Source: Anaerobutyricum sp.
GTDB lineage: Bacteria > Bacteroidota > Bacteroidia > Bacteroidales > Tannerellaceae
NCBI GenBank assembly: GCA_963629885.1
Contig: CAVGKO010000001.1
Location: forward strand, 10,773 to 56,001
Direction of reading: 5' to 3'
Length of the DNA: 45,229 nucleotides
The translations under genes were made by a program, and so were the position numbers. This document shows positions 20,701 through 24,759 of the stretch, piece by piece. The notes below the pieces were generated by a model. The model saw only the letters and a list, made by a program, of their open reading frames with translations, was not told the DNA's origin and searched no databases. The first letter of the stretch is position 1. Each line of letters starts with the position of its first letter.

Positions 20701-22661
20701 TACGCATCAACTCCAAACTCAAGACGGGATTACACGCTCCGCAATGGGAAGAAGACCAACACCAAATTGTGGTGAACCGCAACGGCAAAAAGTATATTGT
20801 CTACGTCAATGGAAATCCACGCGCGGCACAGGCCGTCAACGGTTTGCTCGATTTCACCTCTGACTACAATGCTGTGGAGAAACAACTTCTCCGCCATTTT
20901 GCAGCAGTGCAGACCTCCTTCTCTCCCGAATTTGTGGTAAGCAATGCCCAACGCGACCTTGCCACCGCAGCAGCAAGCGGATTCATTAAAGAAGGCGCAG
21001 GATACACCAAGGACTTCGTGGCTAACTATTTCAAAATAATGCCTGGGGGTTCTCTGCTCAACGGCGACGCCAAAACCGGAACTGAAAGGGTTGTAGGCAT
21101 CTACGACCTCATCAGAAGGTACGACCGCAATGAACTTGACCTCACGAACGATACCGACCGCTATTACTACGAATTCTGTACAAACGGAGGCAAGACTGGT
21201 ATCACAAACCTTCGCCGCATAGAAGACTACCAAGAACAGGTTGACAAGATGACGCGCGAGGTGCAGAACAAGTACGGCACGATGCCACGAAGAGCCGTCA
21301 AGGGCATACTCGATGCCATCGAATACATCAACGCCGGTGTGGAGAACGCCACACGTTTCGCCACCTACATGACGAGCCGTCAGCGAGGTAAAAGCGTGAA
21401 GCAGTCCATACACGATGCCAAAGAGTGCAGTGTCAACTTCAATGCCCACGGCAGCGGTGCTTGGATGGATTCCTTCTTCCGCAAACACTACAACTATGCC
21501 AACGCGGTGTTCCAGTCTCTCCGCATGAACAAGGAGTGGATGAAGAGCAATCCCCAACGATATACCGGGGTGGTAGCTGGCGCACTTGCAATGGGTATGT
21601 TGTCGGCTTTGCTGGGTACTGCAATCTGCGGAGGCAACGACGATGACGAAAACGGATACTACGGGCTTTCGGAATGGAACCGCTATCGATTCTTTAATAT
21701 CCCCGTAGCCAAGCATGGATTCCTACACTATGCATTGCCGCAAGAATTTAGAGGTATGTTCGGAACGGGCGTATCCATTGTAGACCTCATCAATGGAAAG
21801 ATAACCACAGACCATTTTGTGAAAACTCTGATGTCGAACATCAACGATTTCTCAGTGGTTCCCTTCTACGATGATGATGCCTACAATCTTGCGTCCGGTG
21901 ATATGAGTATCCCGGGAATGCTGGTTAAGGGATTCATCCCGACTATTGTGGCACCAATCACTGATGCCTATCTCTACAATAGAGATTTTCTTGGCCGTCC
22001 AATCACCAATGCAACGAGCAACAACAAGCAGGCTCCGGAATGGCAACGTGCAGGAAAGGACACTCCGCAAGTCATGATTGACGCGAGCAAATGGCTCAAC
22101 GAGCATACTGGCGGACAACCCAACCGCAGAGGTGGACTTGAAAACGCAACAGGAGCTATGCTGAATCCGAGTGCAATTTGGTACATCATTGAACAAGTTG
22201 GCGGCGGCACGATGACTTTCGCCACCAAGATGAAGAAAACCTTCGAAGCAATGCTGACGGGCGACACTTCCGAACTGAAGGAGAACGACATTCCGTTCGC
22301 AGGCAAGTTCTACGTCTCTTCAAGTGATGACAACTCCAAACAGCGTACCATCAACGAACAGTACAACGGCATCACTCAGGACTTCAAGAACCTTGACTAT
22401 GAGCTGCGCAAGAACTGGCGCGGCAAGAATATCACCGACGGCGAATTCAACCAACGAATGCGACAGCTAATGGACGAAGGTCAAGTAGAACTCTGGGACT
22501 CTATCGTAGGCAATGAACACGCCATTAAAACAATGCAACGCGCGATACACAAGAACCCGGATAATGAGGAATTGAAGAAGGAACTTGATTCACTGATATA
22601 TCAGAACAAAGTCGAAATCGTTCACAAATACGAGGCGTGGAAAAAGAAATATCATAAATAG
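5712..22661 (+). CDS. Giant polyvalent protein (5649 aa), likely virion-packaged and injected
   Basis: Uninterrupted ORF. Contains a PBECR-like RNase motif (GDIDLVWG..GLDHIIDKH), three zincin motifs (GHEGTH, HEYTH, HEAVGHHG), a CVYCY radical-SAM-like region, a YHGS ART-like domain, a class I SAM methyltransferase (ILDASSGLGLG; SNAVLNVI) and an LPD38-like C-terminus. Confidence 0.88.
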   Translation: MDEKQKPLYELYTELPESGYQVAETYEEFEKAFTTDPDAEKNRHTLFEELKDKGLGPENYETFYSTLFQPKDAKTSVAIDPNTTKPSTQSQTKQVDQTATGTPTNVASGTGSAAGTTDKVAAAKDANKSQLDSRPSITSVLDNVANDVKQAVTTSTDPQLNQSAQSASMQHGQSPTVVNQQEKSRGYNVWKTKISNAFDDYALGKIDDKQFKSTIDNVGKDIESGTDNQDERNEFNTFIKDLQKRAQNTRSTKSVQVKAGYEAFPNNSDSVVWDFKLSRKQLPHQQDYVRTLRNMVTGGQSFNVMYNVTDPEIQRDYQIVSDPKAESTYKPNDYILGESKAQKDKDYQLYAAYLYLNGGDLPDWLDYTAQNKIKALSKQELETKANQWKSLVDGTRTKRKYKGLNSIADYYASQNTFSTGEARATYGNRFATIVLPNGTYQTVDIHGVKGDQASVGDARKAFNARFNSTETADESGNGNAQAPKGDTYLMPTIFNEERYSNSFPEWDDLDDKTKAQFDNSVFKYWDEMNKRQAISVPVFVENGKSVDKAEDEFNAKNAKTQFAQLTKREEIESQIKQAKKLRKLLETAFENLRQSAKEERNGGVSTMLGDAGQFRVAFRNIDNFIEAGERAIKDRHYSAFTSFWENLSDAGGWSLGLTNLNEALGLNHLASGEGVSPEIEKAFGGKKGVKEFAAAVQYFGQKAEQWRQKLGYYDEAGKAGLIQFMGTSMLPTFKVATLAGNAAKGVVKFLGKYAVKALDKGVAETASASIRAVSQSAINRSLKTALKEGGMAAATRYGAAKSLNVGVNAAALVAQGFTDGTILSVPEVFTNVANRRTGNAQVAEITREGIKFGDELFVHDNQNSERDVIKETLQRGQAEWMGMRLGEIFGPWSRYLDQHMMSWGKTAYKKTLGKFLDGSNLEKTLGMIAKGAKATDVYKYVTNRLEQAGMGGSLTFYTQNNLSQLINALTVGDVSVSEALSGKKGNNISWADMTWGQIQKAWGAVIDNAIVCGVHTTIGAASYKKQCLDLTRLQRKNEKECTRVLDEEYWAKLKHDIDLCGETSDKALIAYTRAIRDNADLSGEAKQAIINYALTLKTQQALNYGALNNGKTNALDLRYQDAYDAGADVKSPDEISKLQENANSARVSLAKLLGCSTDEVDSKVKGFGEGYREIYEAATKDIADEQKKKEVQNVLDVYFTNLAAVEGAHDALIVDHEQKLEQNKSYVEQNSNKESGTTIQATDKDGRIWYVISGDPRRTNSSDMLIVRDGVTGEIGHGSVSEFEFASEQNTQDLVNEGNKSISEEYLSKRNAILKGETLPERGDKVSVLDANGKVIEVTVEGIEQSETDGTPTGITVRTEDGQMYNFTTDEYRNAVKGVAERETATYIGNDNFALNRAISSSQVATGTEFVHDGKRYTFDHIDDNGNWVARPVGQEGHSVEFSEEEVRTGIDDLLAGKVQGSEQSEANNDEEIKVGTEFTFEDGTPGVVTGIRDDGTFFIASKDSPVSFDASRERVTELIAKSHNAERATDASGESPKTQDTTKTAADDKKEQTAADISVGDKITINGHIYKVEGIDGNRCAIEKDGRRYIWRVSDIEKGIEDGRVKINAETESTDAAEKSSETDIAPAERIEDESAIGLSEANKIPEGEATSSDQETGKLETPHTDVEESSAEVKPQPQEGQAIVTDENPKETPTTEAPLDHHAPALNRIPKDEKGEPMFEKAPLDQSYDALLEQTGGSAETTSEVIKEMVEDKRKALADAEAEEIPHANGAMAKIAARKAHDEKVKQARQELEYWEDLARVPEERARAEEEPQPIGKGFFGNIYDQFKGKVKAALDFLLKHREGDLLGVFHRDDLGDIDLVWGNRAENRGLDHIIDKHIERYHDFANAEEAMRIIDDVINNGQVNEKKSRWDKVVLDKDGYSVVIRKNLRDDKGNIIENSKNWVVTAFDNNRTEKEKSSPDITIATPNTDEGSRAVAPGEDSSAYKGTIEHTTGKTSSTEKAETDNKNSVSDQISEVSTGVDAEFTGSKKGNARKTDGEPHAHPEQPLTERTRQACESVAKSLGIDVEWVDHMPENGSYAPHGKNGRPVICIARDAENPLSTVFGHEGTHAVRSISEDAYKSLVDKARAVVGDEEWNKRFKATKELYEGEHLTDDQIAEEVVADIVGEMITDRDMAEKLAYRLDHPTLSALRDVARKMWETVKRFVGGNKLTAYEQAVKDFADTIERAFADAKEASESLSESTRTEMAENSLGISGGAVMSDYARGIKNRTGYQTPNERGEFADDSEKHSKRTLPFTIVYYKSLANARQSTANALENWSMRRAIQDEVNEIIDGFEDKMEGRDKTSLGNSPVRKQADIYGFSFDVDTSCPRSFVNLACVEEAERRLGRPLTLKESVQLNEHLRAYGLQIPCVYCYVENKRQALKDSIHTFMAARNGVYNAKSERERRKLMYGQRKPTAKDPSTLTKAAQTRLAEWSQRKDAGDDYNPSLPELYSQYNNARSYVLLMLGSLNERGDISETNSANALAKVVTERLAQYADLHDADKSFVKGEITSICEDWIYDKVHKEEHTHFSEDAAYDCDTRNIFRPLSLWNEATKYAKSSSSAKKVSKYMPYTDELRYLTPEQIDALNSIGGLRFHSNNDFRIDYVEDYFQVLAHMSAIGLMGQAYTKSPDFVRIFGGTGLRVNMSIAAYGGENGKPIIMNEQEGFNWKVAQELREKYPDAGVMMMVTNDAQLEYALNCPWIDMVIPFHASGLPRAVWYNMRQWQNYTAKQNEKLINAADKKKALKAKGIDFKKETEGMSKDKASAWLNDTYDKTFGTKHVYGIKEGKRVLVCPHFEPGDKVIENETGRYEIPGHHNDLQTYLQLCEEYGVKPRFAGIKVRDANGKLIDVTEHPNYMKLIKETARTEMEQHPVEFNIDQADERMPLITEDNAHIIFGNNYDKAEIGKHMSPMQYAMTQMFDFAKKGGYTDVKDYKTLSESTGYGDIVGDFIDNVVKKNRPINYLTDDAHLMASITNKALTEAYGGRMPYEGKRKADVRHSRRSKVTPEERAIRDELANTMKNAGIDVSVDDEEGQRVMDDAREMDDVRLSAKRKRALETAYVSQSEEHQPTVVSSADGAKVLKDIDIIVSKYEKHSNQTKTFIGDVATALGATRDGSKSEYATFETKNGKIVTIRLADHNATVSNFDNRGELDGISIVITPKTNEGITNDGDAHVVEHFYDSIKLRRADGKPLAEIVKSIKQSLYSGEFKDTTGLAERQEVNADTIREQRVYHGSGADFDHFDHSHMGEGEGAQVYGWGTYVTEVEGIGRTYARASNQSTLRKEKLKSDISRAKERLPFMKGEYKTALEKEIAQKEEELSKMSDANHHLYTVEIPDDNGNNYLDWTKEYSEDDVYSIIERLLDVAATKAKEGNLDEREKLRGAADRIAEWVDGDLKNDFFDKLTGENIYRKVAGSFEDYSEEEASKLLSEAGFAGIKYPAENMSGGRADGAKDYVIFNEADAQITDHIRFFRTPNGEAYGFTKGGKIYIDPRIAKADTPIHEYTHLWATALRQGNPKEWANVVNLMKGEKELWDDVKKRYPELKADDEIADEVLAHYSGKRGAERLRKEQRKIAEGEGSIFEKARAIRALEKVKQALDKFWKGVADFLHIHYTSAEEVADRVMSDLLNGVNPTKNTIREQRVYHGSQADFDSKVLNKLEGRGTLQSEETDVTDLPKDMAYRETDINELADILKSGGMRRMPNGKVVEHTPKPGRISLRPKLGGNSHGGKGFAKGAPWSSLGGTLSGGSATKVLIGVPGKSIEWQTGHHGSYTEAKPFEDIKHGEPLFLKFDENGNVPVSVSNMRIWVVDKGGNYHEFIQDSNSDAKITDGNGGEKRTDEQDDNLLYRTSDELNSEYGDRWISEQTNEDGRHTTQVKNTINSYKKFGEWVKADSNGRDVSILDASSGLGLGTDWMRENGMNVDDVEPYPSEDRTKPTFTSYDDIDKRYDYIVSNAVLNVIPDDWRANVLHNMADKLKDGGKMVINVRGANSIAKQGKEGVTRITLDDPSEILVLRPDGSIKAYQKGFTKEELKDWCKKELGDGYSVEIATNKNAGGSYDTAVVVTKNNESGTIGVTSEAGHPRGSAQTVPNSYAKLDNGLEITKGLDNIVSQITQNGKMGAHEFLYNLSSSFGFKGKNLKESYYKDLSENIGIRIANHYANADNFAKKGSNEDNYGIVIKLSPNKFKDKDGVNYLEYVYFPDKLSGERQTEIVNGLKTFLQTGDYAALPHPDKVNASGRFKEELLLQNPESPEAKTAAVNTLSKEMNLQGNVTVLTSTEGLTGKKASAPGWCDPKTGHITIVLPNNADAADVQKTVFHEAVGHHGLRRLVGDGNFNDFLDNVYNNAEQGITQTIDQLAKEKHQGDRRKATEEYMSTLAEDESFLNAGNRSLFQKVKQLFTDLLRKAGINLGTELTDNDLRYILWKSYKNLTDNGNPDVFAQAEDIAKQNHLKVGDYAKHETAAEREINNADNERGLLFRTPSAPNNDPMNVASSYYNQKAETLGTKTLFGGLWAAMRHPKENGHKFLNEASESFFDYSRSVKALQDGIAEALGRPIRDDEDAWRTMNSLPAVNQEQLNAVQNNLVAPLGEHIGNIIKNTKDKPGGARTMDDVEIYLNCKHGLERNKAMAERNAEEVMDKAKKNLANMMDKAYAEKLRIMASGDQQAISDYNKKVSHIKSRMGQGKRIDDSEYAKVAADQLGTFADRKDLLIVIGQTADAYIDALRDQYIEAQCKDYSGLTEIFHPDYKEQRAQGVTYDVNNLEDEARNLIAQFEGAVGKADIDELWKLVGNLTDFALRKSYVSGNISLQQYQDTKAMYANYVPLRGWNSKNADDVYNYVAGSSGLTPEDFQKVMKKAYGRESRAGYIFGTMIDMATTAVSQGNRNVMKQCLLNLAERSQTNLLRAGEVVYEQSSNGTLTSVLPKLHDGMTEQEIADAYSDWQDDVKNGLANGTYIRINSKLKTGLHAPQWEEDQHQIVVNRNGKKYIVYVNGNPRAAQAVNGLLDFTSDYNAVEKQLLRHFAAVQTSFSPEFVVSNAQRDLATAAASGFIKEGAGYTKDFVANYFKIMPGGSLLNGDAKTGTERVVGIYDLIRRYDRNELDLTNDTDRYYYEFCTNGGKTGITNLRRIEDYQEQVDKMTREVQNKYGTMPRRAVKGILDAIEYINAGVENATRFATYMTSRQRGKSVKQSIHDAKECSVNFNAHGSGAWMDSFFRKHYNYANAVFQSLRMNKEWMKSNPQRYTGVVAGALAMGMLSALLGTAICGGNDDDENGYYGLSEWNRYRFFNIPVAKHGFLHYALPQEFRGMFGTGVSIVDLINGKITTDHFVKTLMSNINDFSVVPFYDDDAYNLASGDMSIPGMLVKGFIPTIVAPITDAYLYNRDFLGRPITNATSNNKQAPEWQRAGKDTPQVMIDASKWLNEHTGGQPNRRGGLENATGAMLNPSAIWYIIEQVGGGTMTFATKMKKTFEAMLTGDTSELKENDIPFAGKFYVSSSDDNSKQRTINEQYNGITQDFKNLDYELRKNWRGKNITDGEFNQRMRQLMDEGQVELWDSIVGNEHAIKTMQRAIHKNPDNEELKKELDSLIYQNKVEIVHKYEAWKKKYHK
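11581..11666 (-). ncRNA. Putative antisense structured small RNA 1 inside the giant ORF
   Basis: Minus-strand TACCTTTG (11672-11679) with TTTG 19 nt upstream. Closing stem 11587-11596/11652-11661, inner GGGAGC/GCTCCC hairpin, U-tract at the 3' end. Confidence 0.55.
14997..15071 (-). ncRNA. Putative antisense structured small RNA 2 inside the giant ORF
   Basis: Minus-strand TACTTTTG (15076-15083). Perfect 11-bp stem GCACTTGAAAC (15006-15016)/GTTTCAAGTGC (15057-15067), then TCTTTTT. Confidence 0.55.
15516..16778 (+). repeat. Perfect 30-bp direct repeat (15516-15545 and 16749-16778) at domain boundaries of the giant protein
   Basis: ATCCGTGAGCAACGCGTCTACCACGGCAGC occurs twice (IREQRVYHGS). Confidence 0.95.
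18033..18114 (-). ncRNA. Putative antisense structured small RNA 3 inside the giant ORF
   Basis: Minus-strand TAACTTTG (18118-18125) with TTTG 19 nt upstream. Imperfect long stem (ACGAA/TTCGT; CACTCCCG/CGGAAGTG) followed by TATTTTT. Confidence 0.45.
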
Positions 22662-22666
22662 CGAAC

Positions 22667-22703
22667 CGCGTCCCCACCTACATTATTGCATGGGTGGGGA
22701 GCG
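22667..22703 (+). terminator. Hairpin after the giant gene
   Basis: TCCCCACCTA/TGGGTGGGGA stem. No U-tract on the + strand; an A-run follows. Confidence 0.55.
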
Positions 22704-22712
22704 GCTAAAAAC

Positions 22713-22752
22713 CAAAATAAAGAAACGATAACGCACTTAATCTACAACTTTG
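22713..22752 (+). promoter_or_regulatory. Putative phage late promoter, copy 2
   Basis: CAAAATAAA at 22713 and CAACTTTG at 22745, the same 32-nt offset as the other two copies. Confidence 0.55.
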
Positions 22753-22756
22753 CATT

Positions 22757-23230
22757 ATGAATGAATACAATTTATTTTTCGACATAGACACGTGCGACAT
22801 ACTTGATTTGCTTAATGTGCAAACCGCCTATCTCGGTGCGAAGATTTTGCAAGCAGACGGCAACGCCTACGAACGTATATCAATGACCGATGGCAACATC
22901 GATTTTGTTCGCCCTGCAATGGACTCGGCTACCAGCGTACTCTGTAATGCGCTGAAACGCTACGCGCCCAAAATGACGGGCGGAACCCTCAGTTTGATAG
23001 TACCGACAAATCAGCTCACCGTTAACCAAGCATCCACAGAGAACGCCATTAAATTGTTCTACGTCTCATACGTTATGTACAAATGGCTCACGATAACCAA
23101 TCCAGCAATGGCAGAGAACTATATGAACGAAGCGACGATGCACCTGACTACTGCACGCAATATGCTCGCTAAGAGGAAAGCACCAACCTATTCAGCACCA
23201 ACTGAAGGAACAGAAACAGCAACCGAATAA
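22757..23230 (+). CDS. Putative head-tail adaptor/ring protein, paralog 1
   Basis: Structural gene cluster. FYVSYVMYKWLTIT.P motif shared with the next two ORFs. Confidence 0.6.
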   Translation: MNEYNLFFDIDTCDILDLLNVQTAYLGAKILQADGNAYERISMTDGNIDFVRPAMDSATSVLCNALKRYAPKMTGGTLSLIVPTNQLTVNQASTENAIKLFYVSYVMYKWLTITNPAMAENYMNEATMHLTTARNMLAKRKAPTYSAPTEGTETATE

Positions 23231-23241
23231 TACCTAAAGGA

Positions 23242-23847
23242 ATGGCAAAGCAAACCATATTCATCAAACTATATATTCAGGAGATACTCTACGACATCCT
23301 ACAAAAAGCGTATAGTATCGGTGACATACTGTCAACGGACGAAAATGCCGAGCAAGCGGCAAAGATTCAGGAACTTGACGAGGGAAACCGCAACATACTG
23401 CTCCGGTCTATTGGCGGAACGATAGCCAGCTTGCGCTCCCACCTTGCCGAATACCTTGTGGACGATGGCAACAACGCAGACGATATTCTGTTTACCGAAC
23501 TTCGACAGAAGATGGCTGAAGGACTGGCGTTCGGCTATGCCGGAAAGCCTGCTACGAGTGATGGAACAGAGGACAATAACATCATGTTTCTCTTGCGTGT
23601 ACCAATGAATTTCAATCCGGCAGCAAAGGAGGATATTGCTCAAGCGGCGCATTCATACATCGTGGACACGGCACTTTCTGAGTGGCTCGCCATATCTTCG
23701 CCGACAAACGTGGAATACTATTCAGGGCGAGCAAACGCCGACCTTGTAAAACTACTCACCGCAATAAACAAACGGATTCGCCCGGCAAGAACCCATGCCC
23801 CTGCAACAGACATCCAACCCCAATCAAACGACATCAGATATGAGTAA
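23242..23847 (+). CDS. Putative head-tail adaptor/ring protein, paralog 2
   Basis: LRVPMNFN...HSYIVDTALSEWLAISSP. Confidence 0.6.
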   Translation: MAKQTIFIKLYIQEILYDILQKAYSIGDILSTDENAEQAAKIQELDEGNRNILLRSIGGTIASLRSHLAEYLVDDGNNADDILFTELRQKMAEGLAFGYAGKPATSDGTEDNNIMFLLRVPMNFNPAAKEDIAQAAHSYIVDTALSEWLAISSPTNVEYYSGRANADLVKLLTAINKRIRPARTHAPATDIQPQSNDIRYE

Positions 23848-24442
23848 CGCAAAAGTAGTTTATGGCGCATACGGATATGTAGTTGGAACGTCCGAAACGA
23901 TAGCGCAATACTTGAGCCACGCAAGCAGCAGCGACGAAGAGGCGAAACTAACTGTCACACTTCTCTTTAGCCGCGAGGCTCTGCTATACGACATTTCCAA
24001 CATTGCCTATGTGGAGGCAGACGTGATGGAAGCAGAAAACCCGCACCAGTCGCATCAAGTGTTCGACATAACGGAAGACGGCAACATCGACCGCATCACC
24101 CGCATCCTTGACCTGGTACATACCTCCTGCGTGGAAGGACTCTATCCTTTCACGAAAGACTCCTGCGAGGACGGCATGGAACTCAACGACAATTTCAGCG
24201 AGACCGATACCTACGTCATCACGCTCAAAGTTCCGCAAGATTTCAGTTCAACCACTGCAAAGTACTTTGAACAACTGATTCACGAGTATATGGTCGACAT
24301 GGCTCTCGCTGAGTGGCTGATGATAACCAAACCAACTTCCGCACAGAACTGGGCAGCTAAAGCCCAAAACATCATCGAAGAGATAAAGAGCAAACTCAAC
24401 ACGCGGAGCGGACGCATCCTGCGACCGCTGCGCCCATTCTAA
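23840..24442 (+). CDS. Putative head-tail adaptor/ring protein, paralog 3
   Basis: LKVPQDFS...HEYMVDMALAEWLMITKP. ATG 23840 overlaps the end of the previous gene. Confidence 0.6.
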   Translation: MSNAKVVYGAYGYVVGTSETIAQYLSHASSSDEEAKLTVTLLFSREALLYDISNIAYVEADVMEAENPHQSHQVFDITEDGNIDRITRILDLVHTSCVEGLYPFTKDSCEDGMELNDNFSETDTYVITLKVPQDFSSTTAKYFEQLIHEYMVDMALAEWLMITKPTSAQNWAAKAQNIIEEIKSKLNTRSGRILRPLRPF

Positions 24443-24453
24443 CAACAAACAAC

Positions 24454-24753
24454 ATGGCAAGAGGATTCAAAACCGGGGGGCGCAAAAAAGGTGTACCCAA
24501 CAAGCCCAAGCCCTACAGACAACTCATTTGCACCTGTATTTCTAAAGGTGTGGGCGAATACTTTGAAAGCGGCGGCTTCGCCAAGGACTTTGAGCAGCTC
24601 GAACCGCGCGACCGCATCATCGTCATGGAGAAGCTGACGCAATATGTTGTTCCGAAGCAACAGAGCCAAAGTGTAGACATTAACACCACCTCGCAAGTCA
24701 GCGAAAGTCTTCACGACAAACTTTCCGGCTTGGCTGGCGAATACAACAAGTAA
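24454..24753 (+). CDS. Putative terminase small subunit
   Basis: N-terminal KTGGRKKGVPNK motif, 99 aa, near terL. Confidence 0.6.
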   Translation: MARGFKTGGRKKGVPNKPKPYRQLICTCISKGVGEYFESGGFAKDFEQLEPRDRIIVMEKLTQYVVPKQQSQSVDINTTSQVSESLHDKLSGLAGEYNK

Positions 24754-24759
24754 CGCACT

